Shown: positions 58,905-64,000 of the stretch, in pieces
Layout: every line of letters begins with the position of its first letter
Position numbering within the stretch: the stretch's first letter is position 1
Assembly: GCA_964474435.1 (NCBI GenBank)
Contig: CAYYSI010000001.1
Span: 190,647 to 254,646, forward strand
From: an uncultured Candidatus Saccharibacteria bacterium
GTDB lineage: Bacteria > Patescibacteriota > Minisyncoccia > Phycocordibacterales > UBA9973
DNA: 64,000 nt
Direction: 5' to 3'
Notes under the pieces: model-generated
The model's database searches: none
The model's input: the letters and a program-made list of their open reading frames with translations, nothing else
Told to the model about the DNA's origin: nothing
Position numbers and translations under genes: made by a program

Positions 58905-60668
58905 TTATGCGGTTATTTCAAAAGTTTCAAAACATTCTTCTCCGAGAACATCTACAATTTTGACTGCTACGGTATATTTGCCTTTCTTTGAATACTCCCA
59001 AGTGTAGTCAGCTTTGACGAGCTCACGCTTTGTTGGTAGGTCCATAATCTCCGCATTGAATAGGTCGCCAGTATAATCTACATCAATCGCCACACTATCA
59101 ATAATCTGACGGAAATCTTCTACTTTCGCTTGGTATTCTTTCTTGATGGCTTTACTATTTTCAATCTCTAATTTTCGCATCAGTATCGGTGAATAGAACT
59201 CTTTGAGTGATACAGAAAGTTTTTTATCTTTAGCTTTGACTGTAATCATCGCTTCTGGTGGCTTCTTGAATACAAGATTTTTCTTGTCTGTGGTAATATC
59301 TCGGACATCAATTTTTACTCCTGTTTTATTTTCCTTTTTAAGATAATCAGCGACTTCAAGGTCCATACCAGAACAGATAACAAGGACACCCTCGTCATAT
59401 ACTGGCTCGCCAGATTTTGATTTCTTTTTTACTGTAAAATCAGCGAGTTTATCACTAACATTTTTTAGTAAAGTTTTCATATCTAGCTTATTGAGAACTC
59501 TGTTCATAGGCATTACCTTTACATAGGAAGTATCAAGCACACCATCAAAATAGCTTCGCTTCATTGGTTCTACTCCATACATCTCCATTACTATTTCTTT
59601 CGCTTCAAGCTCGTTCTTAAACGCCGTATATTCATTCACATTAAGAACCTTGAAACCAGTGGCACCTTTTTGCTCATCAATAATCTGATTAAGTCGTTTT
59701 GTAGAAGTTTGTATTGCTCCGAGATTTATGTCGCATCCAATCCATCTGCGACCTAGCTTTTGAGATACAGCACAAGTGGTCCCAGAACCAACAAAACAAT
59801 CAAGAACTAAATCACCCTCATTTGATGCGATGTTTATAAGTAGTTCTAGTAGTCCCTCTGGTTTTTGTGTAGGATAATCTGTTCTTTCGCTTGATAGGTT
59901 TAATACAGGTCTAGTATTAAAAGTTATAATCTTACCATCTTTATTTACTGTATTTATCAATCCCTCAAAAACATCTCTCAAGATTGTGTCTACATAAAAA
60001 CGACCCTGTTCATCTTGTAAACTACCCATAAATGATTTCTCAAGATACTGTCTTTCACCTTGACTGTGAACTTCAAAGGTATTATTTTTTCTATAAAAAA
60101 GAATTGTGTCGTGCTTTTTAGGTAAGCTCTCTTTTCTTGAAGCACCACCAGAGCGATATGACCAAACTATCTCATTTACAAAATTATCTTCACCAAAAAC
60201 TTCGTCCATAGTTAAACGTAAATGTGAGTTTTTATGCCAATCGCAATGTAAATAAATTGCTCCTTTATCAGAGAGTAATTCTTTCAGAATTAAAAGGCGT
60301 TCATACATAAATTGAAGATACTCATCTTTTTCCCAAATATCTCCATATTGCTTTTCTTCAAGCAAACTATGATTTTCTCCCTCAACTTTTTCTCCCTTAA
60401 ATTGTATTTTGCGAATATAATCAGCTTTACTATCAAACGGAGGGTCTATATATATTAAATCTACTTTGCCACGATACTCTTTGAGTAAATGTGCAAGAAC
60501 TTGGAGATTATCTCCCCAAAATAATTTATTAAAATCTGGCGACTTTTTATTACCATATATTTCTTTTTCTTGAGCAGGATAATACTCAATACTCTCCAAA
60601 GGTTTCTTGCCAGCCCATACGAGCATAGCCCTGCCTTTGGCTTTTTCTATTGATTGTAATTTTTGCAT
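58905..60668 (-). CDS. mod: Type III R-M DNA methyltransferase, Mod subunit
   Basis: VDLIYIDPPF catalytic motif, AdoMet-binding region, and a central target-recognition region. Immediately upstream of res. Confidence 0.8.
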   Translation of the reverse strand: MQKLQSIEKAKGRAMLVWAGKKPLESIEYYPAQEKEIYGNKKSPDFNKLFWGDNLQVLAHLLKEYRGKVDLIYIDPPFDSKADYIRKIQFKGEKVEGENHSLLEEKQYGDIWEKDEYLQFMYERLLILKELLSDKGAIYLHCDWHKNSHLRLTMDEVFGEDNFVNEIVWSYRSGGASRKESLPKKHDTILFYRKNNTFEVHSQGERQYLEKSFMGSLQDEQGRFYVDTILRDVFEGLINTVNKDGKIITFNTRPVLNLSSERTDYPTQKPEGLLELLINIASNEGDLVLDCFVGSGTTCAVSQKLGRRWIGCDINLGAIQTSTKRLNQIIDEQKGATGFKVLNVNEYTAFKNELEAKEIVMEMYGVEPMKRSYFDGVLDTSYVKVMPMNRVLNKLDMKTLLKNVSDKLADFTVKKKSKSGEPVYDEGVLVICSGMDLEVADYLKKENKTGVKIDVRDITTDKKNLVFKKPPEAMITVKAKDKKLSVSLKEFYSPILMRKLEIENSKAIKKEYQAKVEDFRQIIDSVAIDVDYTGDLFNAEIMDLPTKRELVKADYTWEYSKKGKYTVAVKIVDVLGEECFETFEITA

Positions 60669-60729
60669 AGTGTGGGCAACCCTATGACTTGAAGTCCGTT
60701 ATTTATAATAAAAAAACCAAAATGGACAC

Positions 60730-60870
60730 CCCAAGACAGGTGCCCACAAGCTGACAACAAACGTCGCCAATCCTGTATTCCTGCTTAGAATGTCCATTCT
60801 AGACAGGATTAGCGACAAAGAGCTGTCAGCTCTAATTTATATATCAACTTGTGGGCATATAAACTATACC
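60730..60870. repeat. Large nested imperfect palindrome in the mod / 808-aa-gene divergent intergenic region
   Basis: Outer arms GCCCACAAG...CTTGTGGGC, middle arms TCGCCAATCCTGT / ACAGGATTAGCGA, inner CTTAGAATG-t-CCATTCTAG. Confidence 0.55.
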
Positions 60871-60943
60871 AAAAATTACTTAATTTTCATAGTAAAAAAT
60901 GGTAGAATGTTGATGTTTTTAAGATAAATTACAATTACACTAT

Positions 60944-63370
60944 ATGTCTAAAATAAAACCGATAGACGATGAAGACGATAAATCAATTTGGGATGGGATA
61001 GATTTTTCAAATAGCCAGAACAAACTCTGGTTCTCTATTGATTTCTTGGGAAGGATTGGGATTTTGGAAGAAAAGGAAATAACGAAACTCAAAAAAGATG
61101 ATATAGATTATTTGCTTGTTGGGGTTATTAAACAAGAGTATCAGAAAGGCGGAAAGAAAAAGTTTGAAATTATTCACACTACAACAACATTGGACCTTAT
61201 AAGTGGAGATTTCCAAATACAAAAAACAAAAACTATTTCTATTGAAGACATCAAAAAAGATTACGAGGAAACTCTATTTCATATTTATATTGAAAGCATT
61301 CAATCTCCACAATCAGAGATTTTGCGTTTCGTGAAAGGTTCTAATTTTCTCAAAGTTTCAACTCAAAAAATTGAAGGAAATCTTTTGTTTCTTTTAATGA
61401 AGAATAAACTTGATGACATAATCCCGAACTATGATGATGATTACTGGCATAAGTCATTTATTCTACGAAAAATCTTGGACCTTTATGATGAAAAGCCAGA
61501 GAAATTGATGCTTGCAAAACAAGAATATGTTGAGCTTTATTTTGAGAAAGAAACAAATCTGCTCAAGAGGTTTAATCTTGCAAAAAAAGTGTTGATGAAA
61601 AATCCTAAATACGAGCCAGCATTGAAAGCTACTTTTGATTACTACACAAAGTCAGACAATCAAGAGATTGAGGATTTCAAAAAGTTTTACAATGAGAACT
61701 ACGAAGAATTGAAAAGTGTCCTCCATTCAAACGATTTTATTCGCCTGTCTTTTGTTTTCTTTTTGAAAAGCAAACAGTTTGATATGTGTGAGGAGCTACT
61801 GAAAAGAGAACTTATTATTCATACCCCGTGGAACTATTTGAAAGATAATATCAACTCATACTTGCGAGGTGTTCTATATTACGAACAAGAAAACTATAAC
61901 GATAGTTTGCGTTATTTCAAGGAAACTGTTGAGAATGTTGGGGATACAGAATTGCTCTTAGGATGCCACATCTATATGTTTTCTATCTATTTGAAACTCA
62001 AGGATGGTATTGGTATTGAGAATACTCTATCCCATATGTGCAGACAGATTGAAAGCATAACTATGAACGATTATTTTGTATTTCAAATGGAACTACCAAC
62101 AAAACAATTCTTTCTTGATGAAATCCAATATGCAATCAAAAATAATGTCAGCGACAAAACTAGGTTGACGGCAATTTATCTTTTCAAGAAGTTTCTTTAC
62201 CAAGACGAGACTATATTGTCAGAAAATAATAGAAAAGAGATTGAAGAGCTACTCAATGAAATAAAGAAGAACACAAAAGAAAATCTCTTTGACCTATACC
62301 TACTTGCTCACGGATATTATCGTATAGACCAATATGACAATGCTGTTATCTATAAGCTCAAGTATGTTCTTACTGGTGGAAAAGAATGGATTTTTACTGA
62401 TATTGCAGAATGTAGCGAGGACTTTTTGTATGACTATGCAACAACTATCAGAAATGAAATCACAAAACCACCAAGTCGTGATGTGCGAGTAGAAAGATAT
62501 TTCAAGGAGATGTTCAGCAAAGACATTGAAGAACTTTTCAAGAAAAAACAATACGACACAATTTCTGATATTTACTCTTTGCTTGAGGGTCCAGCATTGG
62601 AACTATTTTTCTGTCCCGAAGAACTTGAGGACGGATATACTTTCTTTGATAGAAGGTTTGAGGTTGCCTATTCTCTCAATGAGGTGGAGAAGACGAATGA
62701 AGCTCAAAAGGTTTACGAGAGCATTGAGGACCCAAGTTCTTCAGTATTGAACAATCTTGCTTTGATATACGAAGGACAAGGAGATATAAAGAAGGCAAGG
62801 GAAACTATCACAAGAGCCATTGAACTAACTGATGGAAAACAAGAACTAATAAACAGAAATAAAGAAAGGATGTTCTCTGTGAAGAAAAGCAATACTCTAA
62901 AAAACAAAAGAGCCGAAGTAGCTCAAAAACCAAAACTGAACTGGTCCGATATTGAAATCAAGTTTACAGATGATAATAACATTGAAATCTATACCAAAGG
63001 AAAACTCTCAACCAAAGGTGATTATGAAACTTTTGGCTTCAAAAAACCGAACAATATATCTTGGGAGATACTACGGGCACTTTCAATCACTAAAACCAAA
63101 ATAAAAGGAAATATGGAGTTTTATTTGACCCCAGATAATATGTTCAGCAAAGATGCTTTCAAATATAAAACTAACAAGAAAAATCTATTCCAAAAATATA
63201 AATCAATTTTATCAAAAGCACTGTGTGAACATTTTGATATAACAGAAGAACCAATACCTTTTGATAAAGCCGTGCAGGGATACAATCCTCTATTAAAAAT
63301 CACTCCAGAGAAGGACTTGAGAAGTCTTGAAATACAAGACACCAGAGCATCAGAATACACTGAAATATAA
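60944..63370 (+). CDS. Large hypothetical protein (808 aa), alpha-helical with TPR-like repeats
   Basis: Long ORF, ~30% GC. TPR-like segment (VLNNLALIYEGQGDIKKARETITRAIEL). No catalytic motif recognised. Divergent from the Type III R-M operon. Confidence 0.5.
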   Translation: MSKIKPIDDEDDKSIWDGIDFSNSQNKLWFSIDFLGRIGILEEKEITKLKKDDIDYLLVGVIKQEYQKGGKKKFEIIHTTTTLDLISGDFQIQKTKTISIEDIKKDYEETLFHIYIESIQSPQSEILRFVKGSNFLKVSTQKIEGNLLFLLMKNKLDDIIPNYDDDYWHKSFILRKILDLYDEKPEKLMLAKQEYVELYFEKETNLLKRFNLAKKVLMKNPKYEPALKATFDYYTKSDNQEIEDFKKFYNENYEELKSVLHSNDFIRLSFVFFLKSKQFDMCEELLKRELIIHTPWNYLKDNINSYLRGVLYYEQENYNDSLRYFKETVENVGDTELLLGCHIYMFSIYLKLKDGIGIENTLSHMCRQIESITMNDYFVFQMELPTKQFFLDEIQYAIKNNVSDKTRLTAIYLFKKFLYQDETILSENNRKEIEELLNEIKKNTKENLFDLYLLAHGYYRIDQYDNAVIYKLKYVLTGGKEWIFTDIAECSEDFLYDYATTIRNEITKPPSRDVRVERYFKEMFSKDIEELFKKKQYDTISDIYSLLEGPALELFFCPEELEDGYTFFDRRFEVAYSLNEVEKTNEAQKVYESIEDPSSSVLNNLALIYEGQGDIKKARETITRAIELTDGKQELINRNKERMFSVKKSNTLKNKRAEVAQKPKLNWSDIEIKFTDDNNIEIYTKGKLSTKGDYETFGFKKPNNISWEILRALSITKTKIKGNMEFYLTPDNMFSKDAFKYKTNKKNLFQKYKSILSKALCEHFDITEEPIPFDKAVQGYNPLLKITPEKDLRSLEIQDTRASEYTEI

Positions 63371-63511
63371 TTGATTGACTGAAGTTTTCAGCGAGATGTA
63401 AAGACAAAAACTACTTGAAATATAGTGGTTTTTTCTTTTGGGCTGATTTTTCAGCATATAAGGTGAGAGCAGGAACACTCTCAACATTATAAATTATTAA
63501 GCAAAAATTAT

Positions 63512-63799
63512 ATGCAAAAAGCACATAAAACAAAAAATGACTTTGAGTATATCCAGTCAGAAAACTCAAAAGAGTTTTTTCAAAGTGCAGATTTAGGTCT
63601 CGCTACCGCACTATGTTGTAGAGGATACAGTCTCATAACATTAGACAAACAAGACCCTCGTAAGGTTTCTTTTATATTCAAACGAGAGGTCGGGATAGAA
63701 GAAGATGCCGATGCTTATTGGTCCAATGAATTGGAAACCAAAGCACGGAATTATTTTGATAATTTGCGAACATTAAAAAATCGCATCTACTCTGAATAA
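63512..63799 (+). CDS. DUF5659-like small protein
   Basis: 95 aa with the LATALCCRGYSL...VSFIFKRE...AYWSNE pattern, typical of small phage/plasmid-associated proteins. Confidence 0.4.
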   Translation: MQKAHKTKNDFEYIQSENSKEFFQSADLGLATALCCRGYSLITLDKQDPRKVSFIFKREVGIEEDADAYWSNELETKARNYFDNLRTLKNRIYSE

Positions 63800-63824
63800 A
63801 TTACTCACCAATAAATTACAATAT

Positions 63825-64000
63825 ATGACTACAAAAATAACTATACAAGAATATCTCTCACAGAAAAGCATTACCTATCGTGAGAGCGGACAGGAACTCA
63901 TTACGAAGTGTATATTCAATGACTGTGATAGAGATAGTGGCGAAAGCGAAGCACATCTTTATTTCAACAAAGATACCTCGCAATATGAGTGTAAAAAATG
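63825..64000 (+). CDS. Primase-like protein, N-terminal CHC2 zinc finger (partial, continues beyond the window)
   Basis: CIFNDCD...EAHLYF...YECKKC resembles the zf-CHC2 motif of DnaG/phage-type primases. Confidence 0.45.
   Translation, partial: MTTKITIQEYLSQKSITYRESGQELITKCIFNDCDRDSGESEAHLYFNKDTSQYECKK

Noticed and set aside
1-64000. CRISPR arrays or cas genes
   Set aside because: No short direct repeats with regular spacers seen. The only direct repeats are two-copy elements (43445/43479; 54439/54519).

Overview
This 64 kb window reads like a small, streamlined bacterial genome. Genes are short, tightly packed (many 1-4 nt overlaps) and mostly on the minus strand, with ~40-45% GC and TGA used as a stop codon. 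The gene content suggests, but does not prove, a Patescibacteria/CPR-like organism: Gmad2, DUF1653, a tiny GIY-YIG protein, a holin-like membrane protein, a split transketolase, and shortened Obg and RF1. Most of the window is core housekeeping (ribosomal proteins L27/L9/L31/L25, RF1, GreA, Obg, GatB, a Gap/RpiB/Rpe/transketolase/Fba/PfkB sugar-phosphate block, a mraZ-rsmH-ftsL-ftsI cell-division cluster, mreD-mrdA, and two tRNAs). Two regions stand out. (1) Positions 236-13,216 hold an NAD salvage and ADP-ribose cluster: pncA, pncB, nadE, a NUDT9-like Nudix, an ADP-ribosylglycohydrolase, an NDT-like protein and a second isochorismatase-family hydrolase. The cluster also encodes the Nudix-wHTH regulator NrtR. 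Three copies of a TAGTGT-N7-ACACTAT palindrome sit in front of its operons and look like NrtR operators. A complete TerY-P-type triad (vWA protein, PP2C phosphatase, Ser/Thr kinase with a long C-terminal extension) lies inside this cluster. (2) From ~54.4 kb to the end there is an abrupt drop to ~30-33% GC. This island carries a Type III restriction-modification system (mod-res), several small orphan ORFs, a divergently oriented 808-aa TPR-like protein of unknown function behind a large nested palindrome, a small DUF5659-like protein, and the start of a CHC2-zinc-finger primase. It looks like an integrated mobile/defence island with novel cargo. Other candidates include two structured non-coding elements (20.58-20.72 kb; 54.42-54.67 kb), a HEPN-like small protein pair, an 18-bp inverted repeat in front of mqo, and a 26-bp perfect inverted repeat after rmuC.
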